A program made the position numbers and the translations under genes. From NCBI GenBank assembly GCA_001643675.2, contig LSRY02000036.1, positions 868,001-932,000 of the forward strand: a DNA stretch of 64,000 nucleotides, written 5' to 3'. A model generated the notes under the pieces. It was not told the origin of the DNA and made no database searches. It was given only the letters and a program-made list of their open reading frames with translations. This DNA is from Monocercomonoides exilis PA203 (Eukaryota; Protista; Preaxostyla). Of the stretch, positions 1 to 12,200 are shown in pieces. Every line of letters starts with the position of its first letter. The first letter of the stretch is position 1.

Positions 1-2
1 GT

Positions 3-3000
3 GTGCTGGATTGTTTGTTTATCAATTGCAGTGGCAATAATGCTAGTAATGGTGATGGTGGAGGACTGATGAATTGGAACCAAATTGATAAGATTGTGAC
101 AAAAAACTGTTTGTTTATCGGATGTCATTCAGATAAGGAAGGCGGAGGAATTTCTTTAATGGTAAGAAGCTTTTCAGGAAGTTTGATTTGTTTTTGTTTT
201 TTCCACAATAACAGTGCTCCGTTCGGGAGCGATGTACTCGTCAGTCAAAAAATAGATTATTCCCAACTGATTTGGTGTTTTTCAACAAAAACAGATGGGC
301 TGAGATATTATGATGGGGAAGATAAAAGTGAATGGTTGCCAAACAATGGGGGGAAATGCAGATTCGTCTCCTCCAAATTGACTCAATCCAAAGCGAAAGA
401 TACATATAGCTGCGGGTTGAATGAGAGTTATGCCTGTCTAACAATCAGCCATTGTCTTTCCCAATTGATCGTGGGGTTTGTGGAGGAAATGAAAGTGTTG
501 AGTGGAACAGTTGTGGAAGGCAAAGGAGTTGATATTGGAGAGAAAACGATCTGTTTGAGTGGAGTTTCTCCATCTGGCTCTGCCATTGAAACAAAGTTTG
601 AGGCAAATGGGCTGAGTCTATTTTGTGTTGGAGCAGGGGAGTTGGCTGTGAATGATTTGTTTGTGGTTCACAACACCTCGATTGAAAATAATAGAAGAAG
701 CAGATTATTTGAGATTCAGGGAAGAGGATTGATGGATGTGAAGAGAATGAACATTTCGATGGATGTTGCTCATTCAGAAGAGAGGAGCATTCAAAACTCA
801 CTTGTGAAAGTTGATGGTGGAGAGTTGAAAATGAAAGATGTGAAATGGTTGCAAACATTCAGTATCACAAGTGTGATATCACTTTCTCAAGGATCGTCAG
901 TTTCATTCTCTCTGGATAACTGCACATTTAGCAACATTGTGAGGACAACAGCCGGATCATCGTTGATAAGTGCCAGTGAAGGGCCATTTTCGATAACACT
1001 TGAAGGATGCACAATTGATGGCTGTGGAAGTGTTGATTCTGTTTTTGGAGGAGGGATGATGATTGAAGTGGGGAATGTTGGTTCATTGAGGATGAATGGA
1101 GGGTTTGTGAAGAACTGTTATGCCTCGACCACTCAAGGGAGAGGAGGAGGGATTGGACTGAAAGTGAAAGATACAAGTGCAGATTTTCTGATTTCATCAA
1201 CATTTGAAGGAAACAGGGCGAAATGGGGAAGTGATATTTTTGTTGACTCAATCGATCTGGGAACGACTGCAACAAGTGGGAAGATCACTTCATTAACTGC
1301 TTCGAATTCCACAATAAACAAAATTCGGGGATTCCACAATGGAGATGAAACGATTCCAATACCGCTGTGTGTGTATCTGATTTATTTGCCAGAAGAGATT
1401 GTTGCAAGCAATGTTGATGCATTTGATCATTCTTATTGTGGATATGCTGAGTTTCCCTGTCTGACTTTAAAACATTCGCTGACTAGGCAAGAAGAGGAAA
1501 AGAAGATTGTTGTTGATGGGATGATTGCAATGGAAGAGGAGCTGATATTTGACTCCTATAAACACTCAATCAGGGGGAATGATGAAAACAGCGGATGGAA
1601 GGTGATTGATGAATGTGATGGAAGTGGAGAAGGCATGATAACAGTCAATACTAATATGAATTTGAGAACATTGATTTTCTCCATTCCATCTGCTCTTCCA
1701 AATCATGAAATATTCTTCAGTTCCACCTCACAATCATTTTCGCTTGAAGATTGCTCACTGACATTTCAAGGCTCCCAGTCAGCGTTATCTTATGTATTTT
1801 TGTCAACAACAGCTGGTGAGGTGTCCGTTTCATCGTTGAATGTCTTGCACTTGACTATTGGGAACTTTCCGCTGATTAATCTTGATGAAAGCAATGCTGC
1901 TGGAACATTTACTTCCATGAATATTGAGGATATAAGCTCGACAGGAAATGGTGTTTTGTTTGGAGCGGTGAATGGAGCATCTTTTTCGATTAAAGATTCA
2001 ACACTTTCAGTGAAAGCATCTTCACAAACAGATTTGCAGTCAGGATCAATTCAAATGATTTCCACAAATTCAGCCAAGTTGCTGAAGTTCACGAATAATT
2101 CGATAAGTGGATTCAAAGGAATTGAAGGAAATGGAGGGGCAATTGAATGCACACTTGGGAGAGATTGCTCACTGGAAATAGTCGGAGGGATGATGAGAGA
2201 GTGCAAGGTTAATGGAGGAAACGGAGGAGGGTTGTGGGTTGAGATGAAAGAAGGATCATCATTCACTGTGGGAAACCTGACAGAGGCAGACTCAGCAAAA
2301 ACAACATCTTTAAATGATGAAAACGATTTCTTCGGGCTCACAAATTGCAGGGCGATGCAAACAGCAGGTGGAGAGTGTGGATATGGAGGAGGGATTTATC
2401 TTCATTTGGATGATGAAGCAAGCTCATTCATCTTGAAGGAGGTATTGTTTTCTGGATGTGATGCGAGAGAAGGGAAAGAAATCTTCATCAATGCAAATGA
2501 TCATTCGAGTGTGATGAGTAGAAGCTCAATTGGATTTGGAGTTGATTTGAATGATTTTGCAAAATTGGATGTGTTTGAGAGATCAACATTGAATGAAACA
2601 TTTGCCATTCCGCTGGTATTGTATTTGTGGAATAATTATTCAGGATGTGGATTTGTTGGAGGAGGATTGTTGAGCCATGATTTTTCGAAGTGTGGATTCG
2701 AAGAGTTTCCATGCTGCACAATCTCCAAGGCAGCATCAGTCCATTTTGAAGGGAAGAAAAAGGATGTTGCTCTTCTTGAGCCATTTGTCTTTGAGGAAGA
2801 ATTAGAGTTGACTTCTAATGAATGGAGCATCAAAGGAAAAGTGGAAAATGTGAAGTGTGATGTTTCTGATCAGAAGGAGGGAGCTCAAAGTGGATTTATT
2901 GCAAATGCAGTGCCTGTGTCTGTGACTGGCATTGTATTTTCTTTGAAGAGATCGCTGACCTTTCATGAAAGCGTGTTTGAGTGTTGTTTGGGGAAGCTCA

Positions 3001-6000
3001 CACTGAGCAAATGCGGGATGGAGGGAGGCGCAGAGGCTATTTCGACCGTGTTTGTGAAGGCTGTTGGAGGGATTGTGGAAGTGATTGGTTTTGGATGTGA
3101 AAGAGGTGCCAAGTGGGGTTCATCGTTATTCGTTGTTGAAGGGAATGCTGAAAGTGTGTCTTCGATGAATATGGCGAAAAGTGATTTTGGAGAAATCACG
3201 TTTGGGGATGGATGTGTTGTTGAGTGTCACAATGGAATTATCAATGAGATGTCAGGATGCTCGTTTTCATCTATTGCTCGCTCACAGGGAAGTGGAGGAT
3301 GTGTGAGTGTTTCGAACAATAAGGATGATGAAGATAGAAGAGATTTCAAAGTGGAAATAAATGACTGTTCATTCGAAGGATGTACTATTACTGGAGAGGA
3401 AGGAAATGAGATAGGAGGAGGTGCACTCTTTTGTGAGGCATCTTCAAAAACGAGTCTTGTGGTGAGTGGGTGCAAGTTTTATTGTTGCACAGCACCATAT
3501 GGAGAGGGAAGTGTTGGATATGGAGGAGGAATAATGTTGAACTTGTTGAGTGAAATGGGTGAGACAGATTTTGTGATATCCTCTCCAACTTTTTCATCCG
3601 ACAAGCCGAACAATGCGAGATTTGGAAAGGACTTGTTTGTTTCATCTCCATCGCTTATCAGCAGCATCAAGAACGAAACCCTGCCATTTGTGAAAGATAG
3701 ACTGGAAATGCTGACAGAAGACTCGCTGAGAGGGTATGATGGAGGAAACAAGGAATGTGCAATCCCACTGATCTATTTCTGGAAAGGGATTGGAACGAAT
3801 GTGGTTGTTGCAAGAGGAGGAAACAATGTGGTTGTGTGTGGGTTGTTGGAGTATCCATGTGGGTCTGTTGATTATGGGGTGAAGCGAGGGAGTGACTCAG
3901 GGATTGAATCGATTGTTGTTCAGGGGATTTGTGATGTGAGGAGTGAAATGAGTGTGAGTGGGATGAGGCTGGAAGGAACAGATGGAGAATCAGACAAAAT
4001 CCAATTTGTGAAAGAGATTGAAGGAAATGGGAATGTTGTTGTTGAGTGCAGAGGAGTTGTTCAGTTCAAAGAAGTGGGGATGATGATTCCAACTGTCTTT
4101 GATAATGGTGCGAGAACACTCATCCAGTCGGGCTTCGATGCAATCAAAACGAGTATTGTTGGATGTTCTTTTCACATGAAAGATGATGCTGAAGGTGAAT
4201 TGTCATTTGTGCTGATAAGTGCATCAAAAGGAATTGTTTCGATTGAAAAGACAAACATAGCTGGATTCTCAACGACTCATGAGATAATGAGCATATCAGC
4301 TGATTGTGTGATAACCATGGGCAATGTGACCTTTGAAGATATTTCATTGAGTGGGAAAAGTGCAATTGTGACGAGAGAAAGTGTGATTTCTGGGAGGGGG
4401 AATGATGATGCAGAAGAAGTGTGGAATATTCTGTTTGACAAATGCACATTTATGAATGTGAAGCACAGTGTGTCAAACAACCCTTCGTTGCTTTGTTGTG
4501 ATGCGCCAAATGAAGTGAGATTGAAAATGGATAACTCAACAATTGATGGCTGTGGATCAGCAAGTTCTCATGAAGGAGGAGGGGTGTTTTTCCTTCTTAA
4601 TGAGAAGGGGAGATTGGAGATGAATCACACAAATGTGACAGACTGTTTCTGTTCGAACATTGGGAGAGGTGGAGGACTGTTTTTGAAAACACAGAGTGTT
4701 GCAAAGAAGACTTTGCCATTTGTGCTGTCGAACATCACATTCCGAGGAAATGTTGCATCGAAGGGGAGAGATGTGTTTGTGAAGTGCACTGACCTTGACA
4801 CTCAGATTTCGGAGTGGCAGTTCCTGATCAACTTCGGAGAGCCATTTGTGAAGGAGCTGGCGATATGGGGATGCACAGCAGACAATTATGGTGATGAAGA
4901 GGATCTGCTGAGGAGGGTGTTTGTGTTCAGGAGCGAATTCATATTTGTATCTTCGATTTTGGGAAACAACAGCGACAGCAAGAACTGTGGGGAAATGAAG
5001 GGAGCATGTTCATCGCTGAATGTTGGGGTGAGCCACATCATCCCATCGGATTATTCGCAGCTGTATGTCTGGAATGAAACCAGATTAACTGGTTCGTGCT
5101 CAGCCGAGAAGGTGACGATCAAGTCGATGGAAGCGAACAGAAATGCTGAGATAAAAATCTGGGAGATTAATTTTGGAGGTGAAGGAGTTGTGACAACTTC
5201 GGAGTTTGCTCGATTGGAGAGAGTGAAATTTGTTTTTGAAGGAACGGGGAATATTGGCTGCTCGTGTTTGATACACCAATTGAATGGATCTCTTATTGTC
5301 GAATCTGTTTCATTCCTGTCAGAGAACAGATCAGAGGAGAATTCACAGATCCTTTTTGATTGTTCTCTTATTGTTGTTGAAGATGGGCTGTTTGAAGCAG
5401 AAAAGTGCAGTGTTGGACATTTGAAATTCTCAAAACCTGTATTCGAGATTTTGAGTTCAGAAAGAGCAACATTTGAAGATTTGTCAGTCAGTGATGTGGA
5501 ATGCAAGAGTTCAATGTTTGAATGTGGAAAGAGTGAAAACGTGGGAATTTCAAAATTGTCAGCCACAAATATCTCTTTGCAAGATAGAAGCCTCATCTCA
5601 TTCGAAGCAATCAACTCTTCACTTGTTTTTTCATTGATGCAATCATCATTCTCAAACATCATCAAAACAGCATCTGGATCCTGCATTATTTGCACAACTC
5701 AACCAATGACCGGCTTTGAGATGCTGAACTGCTCTTTTCGTGAATGCACATCAGAGTTGCAAAAAGGAAGCCAAGTGTCAGTGGCAAATGCAAACAAAAT
5801 ATTTCTTGACTCGTGTGTGTTTGTGGGAGATCTCGTTGGTTATTTCGAAAAGATGAATGTTGCAATGGATGAAATTTGCAGATGGAATGGGTCTGCAATT
5901 GATTTCTCGAGCAGTTCAGCTGTTATGAAAGACACAACAATCAGCAACTCCTCAAAGGGAGGGATGACTGTGAGAGGAGGATCTGTGACGATTGAGAAAG

Positions 6001-7848
6001 GAGAATTTTTGAACAATAATCCATTCATTGAAAATTATCCATCATTGAGAAGAAATATCATCTGCTCAGATTCTGCTTCGCTGACCATTTCGAGCTTGAA
6101 GGGAGGAGATGGGGTGATGCCCAATTCTTCGCTGTGGATTCTGGATGATGGATGCAGCCTGGAAGGGATGGCAGGAGAAAGAGCATCTTCATTCTTCATT
6201 CCGGTGTTGGAAGGGGCTTCGACCAGCGAAAATGGAGGTGGAACAGAAATTCAATTCAAGGGGGTGCTTCTTCTGCCATGTGATTTGTCATTCCGACTGA
6301 TTTTGTCAGCTGGAGATACAGACCTGATTGAGACATATCCATTTGAAGAAGATGGGTTTGTGAGTGAAGCGGAAGCAGTTGGGATGGTGCCTTCGAGAAA
6401 TCTTTCGTCGATCCCAGATGAGACGGAGGTGTCTGTGATGATTGTGTATGGAAAGCGGTTGTCTGCAACTGATGCATTTGTTCTGAAGAACAGAAGCGAA
6501 CCCAAGGCAAATGGGGATGAAAGGGTTGCTGAAGGAGGAAAAGAAGGGAAATCTTATTGGTTGTTAATTGTGATTGTCATGAGTATCATATTACTAATTG
6601 TCCTTATTGGATTTATTTTATTCATTGTTCGATGGAAGAAGGTTAAGAATGAAGCAGAAGATCTGAGAGAGATTGTGAACGATAACATCAGAAAGGATCC
6701 GAAGGCGTTTGAGATGGTGACGATGGAGATGTTGCCTGAGGAGCAGTGGAGGAGAGCAGAGAGGGAGGCAGAGAAGAAGAGCGATGAGAGAATCAAGAAG
6801 AGGGTGTATGTGAAAAGTTTGGGACATTCGGAGTCATCGGAGCATCTTCTGTCTGAGAGTGGATCGACTGAATACATTTTGGGCAGAGACTCAGACAAGA
6901 TTCCTCAATGGATGCTTGAGAAAGAAGAAGAAGAAGAGATTCGAAAGAGAACTCCATCACCATCCATTTCATCCACTTCAACCACTTCAACAACTGATTC
7001 AGATTCAACTTTTGTTCGTGGGGAGGATCTGTGTCCAACCACTTCATCAATGTCGAATCTGGTGGATGCAATGGCATGCTCATCACCACACGAGAAATTG
7101 ATTGTGGATCTGAGGGATTCGCTGTTCATGCTGCTTCATGGAAGGAATGAGAAGAAGGAGATGGCGATAGGCACTCTGAAGGAAAGAGAGCAGACAGCTG
7201 CCCAGGTCTTGTTCTGGGTGGCCAATCTTGCGCTTCACTCATTTTCCGAGATGGACAACCCTCTTCAGTCACTTGTCAATCTGAGCCCACACATTGTGCT
7301 ATTCTCTGAGCACATGGTCATCTGCATCGTGATGCACTCCGACTTCTCATCTGACGATGATTCGGATTCATCATCCATCTCCTCGTCAACTGTTGCGACA
7401 TCTGCCAGCAATGATGATGATGAGGAGGAGGAGGACTCTCTGCCCTCGTCTGCCTTTGAGGATGAGGATGACAACAAAAAGGAGTGTCTGAGGTGGAAGG
7501 CGCCAGAGCTGCAGATGAACAAGAAGATGGGGGCAACAGAGAAGTCGGTGGCATTCTCGATCGGGATGATGCTGTGGGAGTGCCTGACGCTCCAGATCCC
7601 GTTTGGGGAGTATGAGGCAGAGGCAGCTGGGCAGAAGATTGTGAATGGAGAAGTGCCGAATGTGGGGCTGGTGAAGGACACACCATATTTGGAGTTTTGG
7701 AGGCTGTGTGTCTCGTGGAATGAGGCAGACAGGCCTTCTCTGAGTGGGATGAAGCGAGAGCTGGTTGGGCACTTTCCAGCTGGGGCAGTGATGGTGACGC
7801 TGACAGATGCAATCTGCGATTCTTTGCGAGAAGACGAAGAGGAAGAAA

Positions 7849-7886
<38 letters not shown>

Positions 7887-7940
7887 ATGAGCGAATCGAT
7901 AAGCAAAGAAGAAGGGAGGAAAAGCCGAAAATACTTGTGA
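3..7940 (+). CDS. Giant modular surface receptor with Cys-rich beta-helix-like ectodomain, single TM and C-terminal pseudokinase (paralog A; 5' end outside window)
   Basis: 2645-aa open frame running from the window edge. Repeated GGG/GGA[I/L] and FxxN-like motifs, and five CGxxxxPC-type modules (CGLNESYAC, CGYAEFPC, CGFEEFPC, CGLLEYPC, CGEMKGAC). TM YWLLIVIVMSIILLIVLIGFILFIV at ~6555-6630. Kinase C-lobe motifs WKAPE, FSIGMMLWECLTLQIPF and RPS. The first 1285 nt align with 52940-54224 of paralog C. Confidence 0.9.
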
Positions 7941-8304
7941 TGATGGTCGTATTGGTTGGCATTCTTTTGAGAAGGGCTTTCTTTGCTTTATTTTTTGACT
8001 GTTATTCGTTGAATGAGAAGTGGAGAGCAGAATGTGAATTTTCCCAGTGAGTTCAGTCTGCTTTCCATTTTTCGACTTTCTTCGAATCAGAATCAAAATG
8101 TTTCAAAAACAATTTTTTATTTTTCTCATTTTGACTTTTGTTTTCAATTTTTGTGAAAGTGAGTGTGTGTTTTATGGTGCTTTTAGCATCACCATTTTTT
8201 CGGTTAATAACAACGCTAAGCAAATTCAAATCAAGTTAAATTGCAATGAGACAGTTTTTTCATGTTGATTGCGAACATCACACAAAAAATCAAACAATTT
8301 GTTT

Positions 8305-8308
<4 letters not shown>

Positions 8309-8357
<49 letters not shown>

Positions 8358-8405
8358 CACACACACACACACACGCACGCACACACACCAAAAAAAAAAA
8401 AAAAA
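8309..8405. repeat. Compound microsatellite (CAA)n-(CA)n-poly(A)
   Basis: Directly visible: ~16 CAA units, then CA/CG dinucleotides, then an A-tract. Confidence 0.95.
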
Positions 8406-8559
8406 TAAATAAATAAACTTAAAAAAAGAACAAAATCTTTTATCAATATGTTTTCGAAATTGAGCAATATTTATGATATGTTCAACATAATGTTAGATTT
8501 CTATATTTGAAATGATATGTGATTTTTCTTTTGATCATTTAAATATAATAAATAAATTG

Positions 8560-9037
8560 ATGAATGAAAAAGTTGATTTGCATTCTCAAAACACATCAAC
8601 AATGAGCTCAATTAATCCAAGAAATCCCCAAAACAAAACTTCTGACGAACAGCAAGAAAGGACAACTGAAGAAAAATCAGAAGAGTTTATATCATTTGTG
8701 AACAATTTATTTGCATTAAAGTGCTATTTAGCTTTATTATCAGAATTTTAAGACAAACGTTTTATTGCATTTGTGCTGTACTATCAGTTTTAATTGTAGC
8801 ATCTTCTCAAACAAAGTCTTGGAATATTCATGTTGTGATTTTCTTTCTGTTTGGAATTAATGCAATTGTTGGATATTTTTTGTTTGTGTTCTTCCCATTA
8901 TACTCATCTTTAAAATGTTTTTTCTTTTCCTCCTTTTCATAAAATTAAACAGCTTTTTGAGTCCGATAGCAAAGAAAGGTTCATTGGAGAAAGAGCTGAA
9001 TGATCAAGAAGAAGAAAGCAGAAAGAAAAAAAAGTAA
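8560..9037 (+). CDS. Small two-TM membrane protein with C-terminal KKKK (3 exons: 8560-8684, 8744-8881, 8953-9037)
   Basis: GT-AG introns 8685-8743 and 8882-8952 join in frame: MNEKV...EEILRQTFYCICAVLSVLIVASSQTKSWNIHVVIFFLFGINAIVGYFFFLSPIAKKGSLEKELNDQEEESRKKKK*. Confidence 0.7.
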
Positions 9038-9231
9038 TATGTTTTTTAAACAGCAATATTTATTTAAAAGGATGAAGCAATAAATTTAAGCAATAAAGAA
9101 ATATTTTTTTTCCATATTTTAAATTGAAATATTTTTAAAAATCGTTGAGCTGAAAAAAGTGTTGTGCGAAATGAGAAATAAGAAACAGGTGAAGCACTTG
9201 CCAACAAAGAGAGTTTTATTATATAAATCAA

Positions 9232-12200
9232 TCATTTGTGTCTGATTGGTGTTGGAACACTAAAATCCTTGTATTCCGAGCTGTTATCTTCTTCAATTTC
9301 TTCTGAGCTATCTTCAAAACGCGAATATACATCTGATGAACGTTTTCCAACAAGAATAACATCATCGCCCTGGGTTTTCATCGAATCATTTTCGTCATCT
9401 GACATATCCTGCTCGATATTATTCTCCTTGCTTTCATCTTCATTTTCCATTTCATCACTGCTTTCTTCAACAAAGCTGTCATCTAGAGCATCTTCGTCGT
9501 AGTATTCCTCTCTCCCAACCATCCGCCTGCGTGTCTCTTCTGGCTGTGCATCGCAATCCTCACACCGGATAAATTCGTAGCAGGATGGGCGACGCCACGT
9601 GTAAAGCTCGAGAGTGTGGTACTTGGAGAGCGGGACAAAGTGCTCCTTCACACAGCGCACACACCACGAGTACGGGCAGTGGGCGCACCAGAAGAGCAGT
9701 CCATCTGCATCTGCTGCAGAGCGGCCACATTCTTTGCACCGATGGTGGAGACACAGCGTCTCTGACGGGTCGAAAGAGATAGAATCCATCGCCTGGATCA
9801 TGCAGTCGGTGTGATAGGCACAAGGGCATCGCCTGCAGTTGATGCTGTTGACTTGGTTGAACAGAGGCGGAATAACTTTCTCTTTCTGCTCTTTCGCTTC
9901 GTTGCTTTCTGCTGATGATTCTGACTCTTGCGAAAGATAGTCGTTCAAGTCGTCAGATGAAGCAGAAGAATCATTCGACGCGCTTTCTGTCTCTTCGTCG
10001 GAATCTGATTTCCCTTCCCTTTTGACAGTTTCCTTCACTTTCTTTGCCTCTTTGTATGCTTTCAACATCTTGTCGTGTGCCTGTCTGCCTCTTTTCTTCA
10101 AGTACTTCCTTTTGTGATCGAACTCAATCGCATATGCCATCTCAGAGGGTGCTTCATGAACATATCTTGTTGCTCTGCGAGGGCGGAGATTGTGACTCAA
10201 CAAGCCAACTGATTCAGAAGAAGCTGAAGTGGAAGATGACAAAACAGGAGAAGACGAAGAAGCAAAAGAAGAAGAGAACTTTGAATATGGATTAAATTTA
10301 TTCACACTGCTATCTGATAGCTCAGATGCTGCAGCAGAAAAAGAAGAGAAACGAGAAGAATGTTTTGAAGACAATCGAGTAGACATGATGCTTTTGAAAG
10401 GATTCGGCAAAGGTGATGTGGGTGAAGAAGAAGAAGAAGTTGACTTTGATGAAGCTAAAGATGGAGATGCAGAAGTAACAGCAGAAGCAGAGGACGATGA
10501 TGGAGTGTAATTACGTGGTCTTTTCAAATACACCACAAGTTTCCGTTCTCGTGTGAATACTTGAGTGGATGAAGCATCAGCAGATGAGGGAGAAGCAGGC
10601 TGTGTGGATGAAGAATCATTTAGAGGGGAAGAAATATCTTTGACTGTATCTTTATTGTCTGAAGTGTTAGATGAAGCAGATGCAGAACTTGCTTCATTCA
10701 CATCAGCAGAGTTTAAAGGAAGAGGTGCTTCTTCAACCTGTGAAATGAGTTCTTTTTTAGAGGAGTCCTCTTCAGAATGCTGAACATGAGCAGAAGAGAC
10801 ATGATGAGATGGAGAAGATAGCAAATTCTGTGAGGAAGAACGTGAAGTGGAGTTCGAACGGAGATACACATTGGGAAGAGTGAATGTGAAGCTGCGCCCA
10901 TCTTTTGTGGGTGTGGTGGGAAGAAGAGGAGAAGATGCGTCAGTGGAAGGCAAACGGGGAGAAGAGAGAGACAGAGATGGCGATGAAGCAGAAGACGATG
11001 AAGAAATATGTTTTCTCGAAAGTAAAGAATTGCCAAAGATAGATTTCTTTGATGTGTTATGTCCATCAGCTTCTTTTTCTGACTGGTCTTGTGGCGAATC
11101 CAAATAATTCATCCAATTTTCTTTTTGTTTTTGAGGCGCATCAGTACCTTTTCTGCCTTTCAACACACGTGCATCAGTCACTTTCATGTCTCCATACTCA
11201 AACATATCATCTTCTTCATCATCATCATCATTATCACTTATAGAATCAGGAACATACAGCGATTCACCAGATATCGGTGTTGGCGTATCTTCAAACAGAA
11301 ACGAGTCTGATGCAGCATCTGTCAAAGAATTATTCACAGTCTTCTGAGTGTCCTGTGATGATGAAGAGGAGTCTTTTGTTTGTGGTTGAGTCTTTTTTGT
11401 TTGGTTTGCTTCTTCAATCTCAATTTTGTGAGATTCATCCTTCACATCCAACTCAACTCTCGTATTGTCATCCACAGTTGACTCTTCATTATCTGTTGTT
11501 TTATTAACCATGACTGCATTTTTCCTTCCATCTGTTTCTTTCACAGGTGCTTCTGCTTCATTTCCACTGACCTTCTCATCAAGCCATTCAATCTCATGCT
11601 CATCGAAGGTATACACGTCTTCTTCTTTACTCTGTTTTTCATTCTCATTCTTCTTCATCTTTTCCTCCTTCATCTTCTCCATATCTTCCTTCAGCTTCCT
11701 TTTAGCCTCTCTCTTCTGCTCCTCTTCCTTTTCCTTCTTTTTGATCAGCTCTTCTTCATATGGCGATATATCATTCACATACCTCCCGCAGAACACACAA
11801 TACTCCACATGGCGTATCTGATGTTTCTTCTTCATCTTCGACTCTCTGATCAGCCTCTCTCTCTCCTCCCTCTCTCTCATCCGCTGCTCCTCCATCACCG
11901 CCCACCGCGGGATATTCACCTTCCCCACGCCTGCCACCTGCTGCGTCACCACATTCGTCTTCCTCTGCCTCTTCTGCCTTCCATTCTGCCGCATCTCTGC
12001 CAGCCATTCCTCCACAATGGAGTTTGTTCCACTCCTCCTGTACGTCTTGCCGAGGAAGGTGTGAATGTCAAAATCAACTGTGCGCTTCTGCAGAAGTGTG
12101 CTCACTTTGTCTGTTTTGGAGGAGAGAGAAGAAGAGACAGAAGCAGAGGCAGAGGGAGAAGGTGAAGGAGAGGAAGGAGGGAAAGGAGATGAAGATTCAG

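Noticed and set aside
7265-8096. Long antisense ORFs over the receptor 3' ends (also 37233-38036 and 58884-59687) and over the SNF2 gene
   Set aside because: They are shadows of GAA/GAG-rich sense coding; they repeat only because the sense genes are duplicated.
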